DNA of 64,000 nucleotides from the human T2T-CHM13v2.0 reference genome, Homo sapiens. Below, piece by piece: positions 44,302 to 62,958 of this stretch (position 1 is its first letter; each line of letters starts with the position of its first letter). The stretch is from NCBI RefSeq assembly GCF_009914755.1, contig NC_060941.1; one strand, given 5' to 3'. The notes below the pieces were generated by a model. It made no database searches. It was not told the DNA's origin and saw nothing but the letters and a program-made list of their open reading frames with translations. A program made the position numbers and the translations under genes.

Positions 44302-45219
44302 CTGCCCAGTGGAAGGTTGGGGCATTGCTCTCATGGCGACACACACGTGGGTCCCACCAAGCTCTCCCATGAATCCTTCTGCCCACCAATCCCAAACCAC
44401 CAGCAGCAGCACCGTCTGGTCTCATGTCCCTGGTGCCTCCAGCCACCTCGGGGACGCTAAAGAAGTTCCCAAGACTCCCAGCTAGGAAGAGAGCCCAGGG
44501 AAATAATGGGCGTGGTCAGAGATACCAGGGCCTGGAGGCGCTCACCTCCAAGGAAGCGGGAGAGAATTAAGTAAACCCTATTTAAACCCTATTCAAGATG
44601 GCTCCCCTGGTGTCACCACCGGACATGGTGCTTGGGGCTTTGTGAATGATCAGTGGAGGACTTGCCCACGTGAGGCAAAATACGGAACTAATTGTCACGG
44701 GGGTCTCACATATCAGGGCGGTTGCAAATTGTGGCAAGGCAGGTGCGAGGGGACACCTTGGAGTCCCTTGGGCTTCCCAGGGCCTCTGGGGGCACCGCAG
44801 CCTCTACACAGACTTGCATGTACCTGCTGAGAGTCCCTCCCACTCCCACTCACTGACCCTGTCCCACATCTTAAAGCTGTGCCTCCTGTTTCCTGGCCAT
44901 GCTGACAGGTGGGACACCTTCTGCTTGCTGGGTGGTGACTGGATCGGCACACATGTGTGACCCAGCGGGGGGTGTGGGGTGCAGGTGCCAGAGCCCCAGG
45001 GGCTGCAGAGCCTGCTCCCTCCCTGCCCTGGTTTCAACTTCCTCAGTCTCAGCACCACCTAACGCACCACCTTGCCCTGCATTTCCCCGGCTTTAACATG
45101 TGAAGCCACTCTGCAGGGAAACAACGGGTCGGAGTGGGGTGGAGTGGGGTGGGGGGTGGGGGTCAAGCATGTGCCTCTTCCCCACCCAGCGGCAGCCGGA
45201 AGCAGCTGGGCCCACACAC

Positions 45220-45413
45220 CTCTCCATGGACTCCAGCGTGCCATCCAGGCTGCCCAGGTGCTCCGGAATAGGCAGCAAGGTTTTGCCTTTGATCTTGCCA
45301 CTCATCACAAACATTTCATTCTTCAGCCTGTGGACCTGCTTCACGATGTCTTCCGAGACCACCTGGGGCCATCCAGCCATGTTCTCACTTTGGTTTAACA
45401 GAGAAGAGAGGAC
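45220..45413 (-). CDS. DNAH17: DNAH17 exon 3 (194 nt)
   Basis: ttttag|VLSSLLNQSENMAGWPQ...LESMER|gtgtgt. Confidence 0.95.
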
Positions 45414-45469
45414 CTAAAAGGAAACACTTCTGTGGTTCCGCCCCCTGTGCCTTCACCAGCTCGGCAACC

Positions 45470-45603
45470 GCACAGAGCCAGGTCCCCGGGGGGTTCCAAA
45501 GACCCGGTGTCTGGAGCCCTGGGAAAACTGGGTCCCGCACAGAGCCAGGTCCCCAGGGGGATTCCAAAGACCTGGTGTCTGGAGCCCTGGGAAAACTGGA
45601 TCC
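45470..45603 (+). repeat. 67-bp tandem duplication in intron 2
   Basis: Copies start 45470 and 45537, about 4 mismatches. Confidence 0.9.
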
Positions 45604-45801
45604 TTCTTCCAGAAGGAGGTGTGGCCGGTCATGGAGTTTATACCAGCTGCCCTGTCCTGGTGGTACCAAAGCCATCCCCAAGCTCTTGCACCCATAGCAC
45701 ACACTCCTTGCTAAAAGCCTAGGAGGACTGTGATGGGTCAAACTGTGTCCCCCAAATCCATCTGCTGAAGCCCTAACTCCCAGCACCTTAGAATGTGACT
45801 A

Positions 45802-46305
<504 letters not shown>

Positions 46306-46856
46306 TCAACTTCAACCTCTAGCCTCCAGGACTGTGAGAAAATGTCTGGTGTACAAGCGAAGCACACAGGCCCCTGTGCTGCAGATGAGAAGAGTGATGA
46401 CCAGGAAGGATAAGGCACCCCCATTCTGGAGGTCCGAATCCCCAAAGTGTGTCCCCCCCACCTACACAGCACCTGCCAAGGGGGACAGCAGAGGGACACA
46501 TAAAATGACACTCCATTTTTTCCCCTTTCTTAAGTCAAAGTCTCAAAATTGGAGAAACCTATCTGCCAGTACTCAGTCCCCACCTTCCCAGGCCATGGGC
46601 AGCAACCGTACCCGGCACAGCATGGCAGTCTCAATGCTGTCCAGAGAGAACAAGGGGATGCTCGGGGCTTCTCAGACTTCAAGGGCACGAGCACCACCTG
46701 GAGGTCTTGTTAGACAGCAGGTCTGTGGCCGGGCATGATGGCTCACGCCTATAATCCCAACAGTTTGGGAGGTTGAGGCAGGAGGATCGCTTGAGCCCAG
46801 GAGTCTTGAGACCAGCCTGGGCAACAGGCTATTTTTTGGTGAGACCTCATCTCTTA

Positions 46857-47588
<732 letters not shown>

Positions 47589-49813
47589 TTACACTGTGTA
47601 TCTGTTAAGAGTGCAAGAAACAGGTACGAACTGTCTCCCGGGCTCCCCAATTTCCCACCCATCCCTGGCACCGCAGGAAATCTCTGTTTCTACCGGAGCA
47701 GGAACAAAACAGTTGGTCGAGAGTGTGCAGTTTTTAGCTGTGGTTGGGTTGGGGTGGGGGTGCTTTAGCAGGTGCTGGCACCTGCCCCGGCCCCGCCATG
47801 GGGGGTGCCCCGGGAGTGAGGCTGCCCAAAAGTGGTGTGTGCTTACAATCCTGTGACCATAAAGTTCAGAGGATGGGAAAGATAGAGATGAATGCTGGAG
47901 AAAGAGAGAAAAGGAAATGGCCGCAACCAGACAGTGTGAAGGGGATGGGGTAGGAAAAGGCAGAACAAGAGGCTGGGGGGTCAGGTTGAAAGGTCCTGGG
48001 AAAGCAATAAAAGACGTCGCAGCCCCAGAGTATGTGTGAAACGCAAGAAGGAAGCAGACCCCACGTGCAGGCCGTGAGGCTCAGCGCTCAGTCTTAGCCG
48101 CAGCCGTGGTGCACCTTAACTTTCACTCTGCTCTGCACCCTTTCTCCCTCCAGCCCCCAGCGTGCACCCCTAAAAGAATCGAGCTGCAAATTCCTGACAG
48201 ACCCCTCACAAGCTGCTCAGATGCTCGGGGGTAGGGTTAACTAGAGAATTGGGGGGAAGGGATCCCCTTAAAGAACACCCTGAAGTCCCAAAGTTTAGGC
48301 AAGTGAGGTACTTACAGAATTTAAAGACACACCCAAACAGTCATCAAGAGAAAAGGCATGTCAATATTTTTAAACATCAAAATGAATGCAAACAAATTTA
48401 TGAACAAAATACCAAAGTTTCAAATAAAGACAGGCTCTGGCAAGAGGCCTGAGGTGGGGGCCTTGGAGGCGAGTTCTGCAAGGGCAGGGTTGAATGCAAA
48501 GGGTCGCCTGATGCTGTGTTTTCATCACAATCTGGGAGGTATGCAGCTCCTGAATTTCAAGGGGAACCCTGGGGTATTCAGCTGCTCTGGGGGTCCGTGG
48601 GCTGGGGCTGGCCTGCTCCAGACCTGGCAGCTGCTGAAAAGCATCAGGGTGGACAGATGACGTTGGAAGCACTCACAAATTCTGCCTTTTGGTTTGACCC
48701 AAGCTATTGCTTTTAAGTTTGTAACAGCCTACAGTTCCCCAAAAGACACGTAATACCACGGAACAGGTTTATTTCACCCTGGCCACTATATATCGGCAAA
48801 ACAACTATATGATGGGAAGCAGTAGTGGATAGCATTTGGATGCTATTCAAATGGTCTGAGATTTATTCAAGGCTCCAAACATCTCTGAGAGAGGACTTGG
48901 GGAATATTTGGCCAGCAAATGGCAGAAACATGGCGGTCCACGAGCAAAGCCACCCGATTCAGGCACATCTGTGAAAGAAAAAGGGGACACCACCAGGCAA
49001 GTAGGAGGAGCACCGCGTGGCATTTATGGAGATGACTCGTTCACCAGGTTCCCACAGGGCTTTCAGCATGCTGCTGAATTAATCTCCACCCAGGATCTCC
49101 GAGACCCGGGGACGCGTCACGTCGTCATTTCCTAGGGGGATCAGGAACTCAGGGGAGCCCGAGTCCTGGAAGGTTCCTGATTGGAAGTCTCGCCAAGCTG
49201 GTCAGGCGACTGGACTGGAGGGAAACATCCTCTGGTTTACTGATTTTGTGGATTTGGGCTTTCACAAAGTCATCTTTTCTTCCAAGAACGGCATGGGGTG
49301 GGCTGCCTCCCAAGCCATAACATGTGTGGGCTGAGGGGCCCCTACACCCCGCAAGTTTCTTGCACGATCGGGAGGTCTCATCTCAGGCTCCCACCCAGCC
49401 GTTTCCTGGGCTGAAGGCCAGGAGGTCCCAGTTAACAATAGGGTTGTCCCAGGCCATGCTTCCGGAGGGGCAGAGACGGCTTCTCTGGGAGGTGGCCCAT
49501 GCCCCAGGCCTTCAGGACTCCACAGGAGGAAGCTGGGGCTAGGGGCTTCCAGGAGAAGCCAGGGGGCTGAGGCAAGGCCTTCCCAGGAGCAGGGAAGAGT
49601 CTGGAGCCCTGGAAGGGGTCAGGCTGGTACGTGGCAGCCAGCCTCGGGGTCCCAGAGCCATGAACAGCTCCCGGTGGCGAGCAGAGCCACTTCTGGGGTA
49701 AGTGGAGGGTCTGCTGTCTGCCAGGGCCTAGGTCCCACCTCCATCCTCTGAAGGCCTCCCTGCTCCCTCCACCTTGGCCTCCGACTCCCCCAGCATGGTT
49801 GAAGGCCGCTCAC

Positions 49814-49915
49814 CAGCTGAAGGCAAACAGCTTCTCCCGCAAACTGATGAGCAACTCTTTCCCAAACCAGGAAAGAAAATGGCTCCCTTCCCTCGAGGGG
49901 CTCCAACTGCCACAT
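49814..49915 (-). other. DNAH17: Probable non-coding exon 1 (5' UTR); TSS approximate
   Basis: Good donor CTG|GTGAGC at 49814/49813; no ATG in the exon; promoter motifs directly upstream; exon 2 has an acceptor 25 nt before the ATG, so an upstream exon is required. Position agrees with my recollection of the annotation; 5' end inferred. Confidence 0.65.
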
Positions 49916-50020
49916 AACTTCTGGGAGTCTCCTCACGGTACCTGGGGCTTCTAGAACCTTCCCCTTGGGACCCAAGTAACCAATGATAGCGCAGCAAATG
50001 AGGAACCAACCGTCACCCCA
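49900..50020 (-). promoter_or_regulatory. Putative CpG-poor DNAH17 core promoter with MYB (A-MYB) sites and CCAAT box
   Basis: TGGCAGTTGG (minus) 49903-49912; AACCAATGA 49978-49986; TGACGGTTGG (minus) 50006-50015; no CpG island. Confidence 0.55.
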
Positions 50021-50309
50021 CAGTGGAAAGGCTCTTAGATGATCATTTTGAGGGGAGGTTGGAGGGGGGACAGGGTCGTGCTCTGTTACCCAGGCTGGAG
50101 TGCAGTGGTACAATCATAGCTCACTGCAGCCTCAAACTCCTGGGCTTACATGATCCCCCCACCTCAGCCTCCTGAGAAGTTAGGACAACAGACGCACATC
50201 ACCACACCTGGCTAATTTTTGTACTTTTTGTAGAGATGAGGTCTCACTCTGTTGCCCAGGCTGGTCTCAAATTCCTGGCCTCAAGCAATCCTCCCAAAGT
50301 GGAAAGGAA

Positions 50310-52640
50310 GACATTATCTCTGTTTACAATAAGGTGATCTTGTATGTAGAAAATCCCAAGAAATCCATAAAATTGTAGAGCTAATAGAGGAATTCAGCAA
50401 GTTTGCAGTATACAAGATATTTGAAAATTAATTATATTTCTCTGTAATTATATTATGAACAATCTGATGATGAAATTTAGAAAACAATTGTCCCCATAAT
50501 GAACAATCTGATCATGAAATTTAGAAAACAACTCCCATTTACAACAGCATCAAAATAATTTCGTTTACAATAGCGTCAAAAACAACAAAATACTTAGGAA
50601 TAAACTTTAAAAAGAAGTGTTAAGACTTGTACACTGAAAACTGCAAAACATCATGGAAATAAAGACAACCTAAATCAATGGAAGGACATGCTGTGTTCAT
50701 GGGTTAGAAGATTGTTAAGACGGGCCAGGCGTGATGGCTCACGCCTGTAATCCCAGCACTTTGGGAGGCCGAGGCGGGTGGATCACGAGGTCAGGAGATC
50801 GAGACCATCCTGGCTAACACGGTGAAACCCCATCTCTACTAAAAATACAAAAAAATTAGCCGGGCGTGGTGGTGGGTGCCTGTAGTTCCAGCTACTCAGG
50901 AGGCTGAGGCAGGAGAATGGCATGTACCTGGGAGGCGGAGCTTGCAGTGAGCCGAGATCCCGCCATTGCCCTCCAGCCTGGGAGACAGAGTGAGACTCCG
51001 TCTCAAAAAAAAAAAAAAAAAAAAAGAAGATTGTTAAGATGACGACAGTTCTCCTCAAGTTGATCTGCAGATTCAACACAATCCTTATCAAACTCTCAGC
51101 TGCCTTTTTTGTAGAAATGACCCTAGATTTTATAGGGAAGTATGAGGGAACAAAAACCATCCAAACAACTTTGAAAAAGAACAAAGTCTGAAGACACACA
51201 CTTCCTGATTTCAAAACTCACTACAAAGCTACAGTTATCAAGACAGTGCTACCAGCATAACAATAGACAGAGATCACTAGAATAGAATTGAGGTTCCAGA
51301 AATAAATGCATCCATTTATGGACGATTGAGTTAGCAAAGGTGCCAAGACAACTCAATGGGAAAAGAATCACCTTTTCAACAAATGGTATTGGAATAACTG
51401 AATACCCACATGCGGAAAAACGAAGCTGGGCCCTTACCTCACGCCATCTACACGAATTAACTCAGCATAGATTAACAGAATGCAAGAGCCAAATGTAAGA
51501 GCTAAAACTATAAAACTCTTAGAAGAGCACACAGGAGTTGATCTGACCTCAGATGAGGCAATGATGTCTTACATATGATGCCAAAAGCATAAGTGAGCAA
51601 AGGAAAAAAGATAAGTTTAACTTCATCAAAACCAAAAACTTTTATGCTTCAAAAGGCACCCTAAAAAAGGGAAAAGATGACCCATAGAATGGGAGAAAAT
51701 ATTTGCAAATCATATATCTGACAAGGGACTTGTCGTAATACAATAAAACAACCTAATTTTAAGGAGTAAAGGATATAGATATTTCTTCAAGAAAGATACA
51801 CAAATGACCAGTATGCACATGGAAAGCAGCTTGATATCATTAGCCATTAGGAAAATGCAAATCAAAGTAAAATGAACTTCAATGAGGTCCCTAGAGTAGT
51901 CAAATTCATTAAGTAGAATGGAGGTTGCCAAGGGCTAGGGAGGGAGAATAGGAATTTATTTTTTAATGGGGCCGTCAGAGGCATTTGAACCAGAGCCACT
52001 CCATTTTGAATGGGGTCTGGGTAAAATAAGGCCCTACTGCATTCCCAGGAGGTGAAGGCATTCTTAGTCACAGGGTGAGACGGGGGTTCAGCACAAGTCA
52101 TAAAGAGCTTGCTGATAAAACAGGTTGCGGTAAAGAAGCTGGCCAAAGCCCACCAAAACCAAGATGACCTCTGGTGGTCCTCACTGCTACACTCCCACCA
52201 GCACCGTAACAGTTTGCAAATGCCATGGCAATGTCAGGAAGTTACCCTAGATGGTCTAAAAAGGGGAGGCATGAATAATCCACCCCTTGTTTAGCATATC
52301 CTCAAGAAATAACCATAAAAATGGGCAACCAGCAGCCCTCAGGCTGCTCTGCCTATGGAGTTGCCATTCTTTCATTCCTTTACTTTCTTAATAAACTTGT
52401 TTCACTTTACTCTATGGACTCACCCTGAATTTCTTCTTGCACGAGATCCAAGAACCCTCTCTTGGGGTCTGGATCTGGACCCCTTTCTGGTAACAGGGTC
52501 AGAGTTTCAATTTGGGATAGTGAAGAAGTTCTAGAGATGGATGGTGGTGGTGTTTTTACAACGATGTAAGTGTACTCAGTGCCACGGAACTGTACACTTA
52601 AAATGGCTAAAATGGTAAATGTTATGCTCTGTGTATTTTC
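50310..52640 (+). mobile_element. L1M ORF2/3' region fragments interrupted by AluY (50723-51025) and MER41A
   Basis: L1 motifs aaatacttaggaataaac, cttcctgatttcaaaac, tgggagaaaatatttgcaaatcatatatctgacaaggg; L1MB-type 3' end. Confidence 0.8.
51973..52495 (+). mobile_element. MER41A-type ERV1 solo LTR
   Basis: gtcagaggcatttgaaccagagc...ggacccctttctggtaaca; lacks the tandem TTCCNGGAA block of MER41B. Confidence 0.85.
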
Positions 52641-53737
52641 CCACACAAAAAAACCCCAATTCATTCCCACTAGAATGGATAAAATTGAGAAGACAGAAAA
52701 AAACAAAACAAAACACCAGGCACGGGCAAGGATGTGAAGGAATTGGCACCCTCATCCACGGCTGATATGGTATAAACATTGCAGCCACTTTGGAAAAGTG
52801 ACAGTTCCCCAAAAGGTTAAACATGGGGCTACCAATTAGCTACCCCCTCCTAGGGGTGCACCAGGGAGAAATCAAAACACACACATATTCGCAGCAGCAT
52901 TCTTCATAATAAACTAAAAGTAGAGGTGAAGGAAGACCTCTGTCCCGGCTCAGAGGGACATGGGAGGGGTGGCAGGGTCCTGTCCCCGGTGGGCTGAGGG
53001 CAGCCACATTGGCAGCAGGGTGCCCGGCAGCATCCCTGCCATGTGAGGATAGGAAGGCCACCCTCGGGCTCTCCAGAAGCTACCAGGGAAGGGCAATGAA
53101 CGGAACAGACTTTGTACAATCTTAGGGTGTGTCCACCACAGAAGTTGGCACTGTCCCACACCAACATCCAGGAGCAAAATCAGTGCCACTAAACCGTCAC
53201 TTCAGTTCTGCATATCACCCCAGAGCTCCCAGACACAGGGGTACTCAGCAAGCCCCCACAAATTCCAGCTGTCTGCCACTTGAGCTAGTAACCAGGCCCC
53301 TCTGGAGACGTCAGCTTCCTCGGCCACAGTTCTGAGGATGAGTATCCCTGAGCCATGGGGCGTTAGGGGCAAGAAGGGCATTCCTGGTTCCAGAAACACA
53401 TGGTGCTTATTGCAAAGGAGAGCTGGCCAGCTCATGCCCACATTGGCCTAAGAAGAGTCCTGGCTACCGTTTTCTGAGCGATCACCGGGTGGCAGGTTCT
53501 ACACTTCATGAGCCTCCTGGAAGGCACAGGAGCTCCATCCTTCTTCAGCTTCTGCCTGTGGCCCTGCCCTCGACCCTGGGATGTCACCTCCTTCCCCCTG
53601 GGGAGGTAGCAGCTTCCTGCTGCTGATCTCTGGGTCACCTCCCAGTCCCGCTGGGCTCCTCAGCTCTCCTGTCGTGTGCAACACAGCCTCTCCGGCTTGA
53701 GTACCCACGTGGTTCTCCTCCATGTTCTGCTTAGATA

Positions 53738-56662
<2,925 letters not shown>

Positions 56663-57209
56663 GGCTGGCATCCAGCTGTCCACCCTAGACTTGGAGAGTT
56701 GTGTTACTAAATGGACCAAGAGAGTCCATGGAAGGATTGTCCACAGCCAATCTCCACCACACTCGCCTAGATTCATCCTGAGCTCAAAGAAACTCCTTGG
56801 AAGCCTCATGGGACCCTCAAAACTCAACATGTACAAAACCGACCTCTGCCCATGCCCCCCCCCCACCCTGCCATCCCCACACTCCTGGTCGTCTTTCAGG
56901 TTCCCTGGCTCCGTGAGTGACCCACAGCTGCTCAGGCACCCAGAGGACCCTCGCCCTCACTGTGGTACCATTCAGTCTTACCTCCTCAATCTCTCTGAGC
57001 TCTGTCCACCTCTTTCCACAGCTAATCCTCCTGGTCTAAGCCACTCTCACCCTCCCCAGGCCTATGGATACCCTCATTCCTTTCTTAACACCTTCTTTTG
57101 TCCCCATATAGCCCATTCTCCAGCATCTTTAAAAAGACAACTCTCAGGCCAGGTGCCATGTCTCACACCTGTAATTCCAACACTTTGGGAGGCCAAGGCA
57201 GGCGGATCA

Positions 57210-57443
<234 letters not shown>

Positions 57444-58233
57444 TTAATTAAAAAAAGAGAAAAAGACAACTCTCAATGCCTTGCTTAAAACCCATGAACT
57501 ATTGCTCCTAGGATACAATTCAAATGCCCTCCATGGGCCCTGTAAGATTTGATCCCTGCCTTGCCCACTCTCCTGGGGTCCAATCCTGGCTCGTGCTATA
57601 GTCACATTGGTCTCTTTCAGGTCCTCCAAGACATCTGCCAACCATAGGGTCCTCCTGCCTGGCCAAGAATCCTATGCACGCGCACACACACACGTATACA
57701 TATGCAGACATATGCACGCACACCCATGCATGCATGTACACACACCCCTACCAGCTCCTACTCAGCCCTGAGAGCCCAGCTTCAGTATCATTCCTTACTG
57801 TCTCCCGTCAATCTCCCCAGTAGGCTCTTTTTATCATAGCTCCTTGTGTTCCTGTGTGGCACCCATCCCAGCTGCAGTGAGCCAATCACCTAAGCACTCA
57901 TGGGTTACCTCACTGCCGCCTCTCACACCTAGGGCCACCCCTTCTGATCAGCACCATCACTCTGGAATCTGACACTGTGTCTGGCCCACAGCCGGCCTTT
58001 GATAAACATCACTGAAGGGACAGCAGCTCTGGGAAGCCCTGTTGCAAAGACTCATCTAACCTCACCTTACCCAGTGATCCCCAAACTTGCTTGGCCGTGG
58101 AAGCCTTCTTTCCTTTCAGTTTGTTTGTGTTTGGTTGTTTTTTGTTTGTTGTTTATGTTTGTGTGTGTGCGTGTGCGTGTGTGTGTTTTGTGTGATGGAA
58201 TCTCCCTCTGTCACCCAGGCTGGAGTGCAATGA

Positions 58234-58851
<618 letters not shown>

Positions 58852-58968
58852 CCTGAAGCCTTATCACTACTCTGAGGAACAGTTTGAAGAACACTAGACC
58901 AAGGTCTCAGTGGGTCCAGCTCCCACCGGAGCTGTGCTTCTCTGGGGTCTCCGAGTTCAAGGGCTCCA

Positions 58969-59304
58969 TGACAGATGCAGGAGGCAGATAAGCGGGAGGT
59001 CCCCAGAGAATCTCCAACCTGCGCACTGGTTGGACCGGGTGGAGCCACTGGAGGTTCTCGCTGTTTGCATGGGGGAGGTAAGCCTGGCCTCTTTAGTCCC
59101 TGGACGTGTGGCCCGGAATCAATCTATGAGGTGGGGGGCCTGTTAGCGCGGCTCCCTCTCACTTTGCTGGGAGTTTTTTATTTTTCATTTTTGCCCAGTA
59201 AATTCCGTTCCCCTCCTGCTTCAGTGTGTCTGCGTGCCTAATTTTTCCTGGTCATGTGACAAAAGCCTGGTTTTAGCTGAATGAAGGAGCTAAGTTCTGC
59301 AACA
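58969..59304 (+). mobile_element. MER61(A)-type ERV1 solo LTR
   Basis: tgacagatgcaggaggcagataag...ttttagctgaatgaaggagctaagttctgcaaca. Confidence 0.75.
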
Positions 59305-59592
59305 CCAAGACTGGGACATCTGTTGGTGACGTGGTGACCTGAAGGGAGTTGGGGATGTGGCCCCTTGAGCCTCAAACTGCAGCACTAGGGCTCTGCTGGG
59401 CATTGCAGGAGGCTTGAGGGATGTGGAGAAACAGCTTCCAGCTGCCCCGACATCACACCTGAGGACCTTGTGCAAAGAAGATAGAGAAGGACCCTCACTT
59501 TCCAGGAGCACAGCCAGCTTTTTGGGGTGGATGCACCATGCTGTCCACGGTGCAGCAGAAACATCAGGCCCTCAGGAAGTGGCGAGAGCAGT

Positions 59593-59712
59593 GGGGACAG
59601 AGTATGACAGGCAGGGGACAGAGTATGACAGGCAGGGGACAGAGGAGTATGACAGGCAGGGGACAGAGTATGACAGGCAGGGGACAGAGTATGACAGGCA
59701 GGGGACAGAGTA

Positions 59713-59721
<9 letters not shown>
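59593..59721 (+). repeat. 21-bp minisatellite (GGGGACAGAGTATGACAGGCA)x6
   Basis: Six near-perfect units, one with a GAG insertion. Confidence 0.95.
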
Positions 59722-60867
<1,146 letters not shown>

Positions 60868-61649
60868 GGCACTTGCCTCATGTTTCTCTTCCTGGCTGGG
60901 TGTTAGATTGGGGGCAGGGGAGTGGGTGTCTGGCTTCAGTCCTCCCTGCCAGGGCCACCAGCCGAGGATGCCCTTCACTCTTTTTTTGCTTCTGTCAGTC
61001 ACAGCCCACATCGAGGTAGGGCCGGGATGAGCTGAGAGAACTCAGTCATCCCCAGGGGCAACACTTCCTCCCAGCTGAATGAACTTGGAAGGCAAATTTC
61101 ATGAAGACATTACCCATCATTAAAGAAAATCGCAGGTCCCTTTCCCGCTGCCGGGGATGCTTGCAGACAGGAGAGGCCGGGCCGTCTGTGTTTCATCAGG
61201 CTCCCCACCTCCCTCTGTCTACTGGGGCCCTGCCGCGTGTCCTCCTGCTGCGTTCCCAGCAGAGGAACAGGAGGTGGCCTTTGTCCTCCTGCCCAGGCGC
61301 GTCCTTACCCTTGAAGTTGGGTGGAAAGGGAGGGCCGGGCCTGAGCAGTCAGGCTGGCCAAGTAGACGACCCTTCCCTTCAGGGGCAGGACACCGCGGCC
61401 AGAGAAGTCCCTGCCAGCCAGGTTTCCAAAGGTCACAGCAAGGGTACACGCTGTGGAGACCTGGGAACCTTTTCTCTTTAGGAGTCTCTGCACACAGGTC
61501 CTAAGGGTGAGGCCCCCAACAAAGCACAGAAATGCATGGATTCCAAGCCATCCAGGCTGGGAAACAGTGTGGGGTCTCTGGAGGAGTTTGCCTCCGCCCA
61601 CACAGGGAGACGTACCTGGGGCACAGGCAGTGGTCACAGACACACCTCA

Positions 61650-62335
<686 letters not shown>

Positions 62336-62789
62336 GGCCTCAGCATAATAAGGGGGTTCTGAATCTGGGGGAGGAGGAAAGGTAGATTCTCAGGACTCCA
62401 GGCAGGGCGCGTCCCTCCCCTGGGGCGTGGTCTGGCTCCTGGGGGCTGGTGTCTGTTCTCAGCCCTCAGTAGGAACCCTTCCACTTCACATGGGCTGCCT
62501 GTGATGTCAGCATCGCCAAGCCCTGTCCCTCCTGCCATCTCCCCATCCGCACATTCTGTGTCCACCGCAAGCACCTTCAGGTGGCATCGGTCCATCTGAC
62601 GCGTGCTGAGAAGGCAGTCCGGCCCGCAGGCATGGGGCCGCCCCTCCCTGCCCTTCCTCTCTGCTCGGTCATGCTGTGATTATGCTGAGAACTGACAGCA
62701 CCTGCAACCTGCATTTTTATTAATTAGATAACACAAGTCTTCTATAATTTTCATTTTTATTCCCCACCCCCCCCCCACCGCCACTCCAC

Positions 62790-62958
62790 TTAGAGCGGAG
62801 GTTCTCAGAGTGGGGCCCCTGGGCCAACAGCCTCTGCATCAGCTGGATTCTCGTTGGGATCACAGAGCCCGGGGCCACCCCAGATTGTGGGGCAGCAATC
62901 TGTATTTCACAAGCCCCCAATGGACTCTGATGCAGGCTAAGGTTTGAGAGTCACTGAT
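62790..62958. mobile_element. MER5A-type hAT DNA transposon (second copy about 63545-63720)
   Basis: ggttctcagagtggggccc...ctaaggtttgagagtcactg. Confidence 0.65.

Noticed and set aside
50455-50531. 44-bp period duplication in L1
   Set aside because: Ordinary small tandem duplication in a dead L1; no functional argument
51973-52495. MER41 as an interferon-gamma/STAT1 enhancer near the promoter
   Set aside because: The tandem GAS block of MER41B is absent (reads ...aaaggggaggcatgaataatcc), i.e. MER41A type
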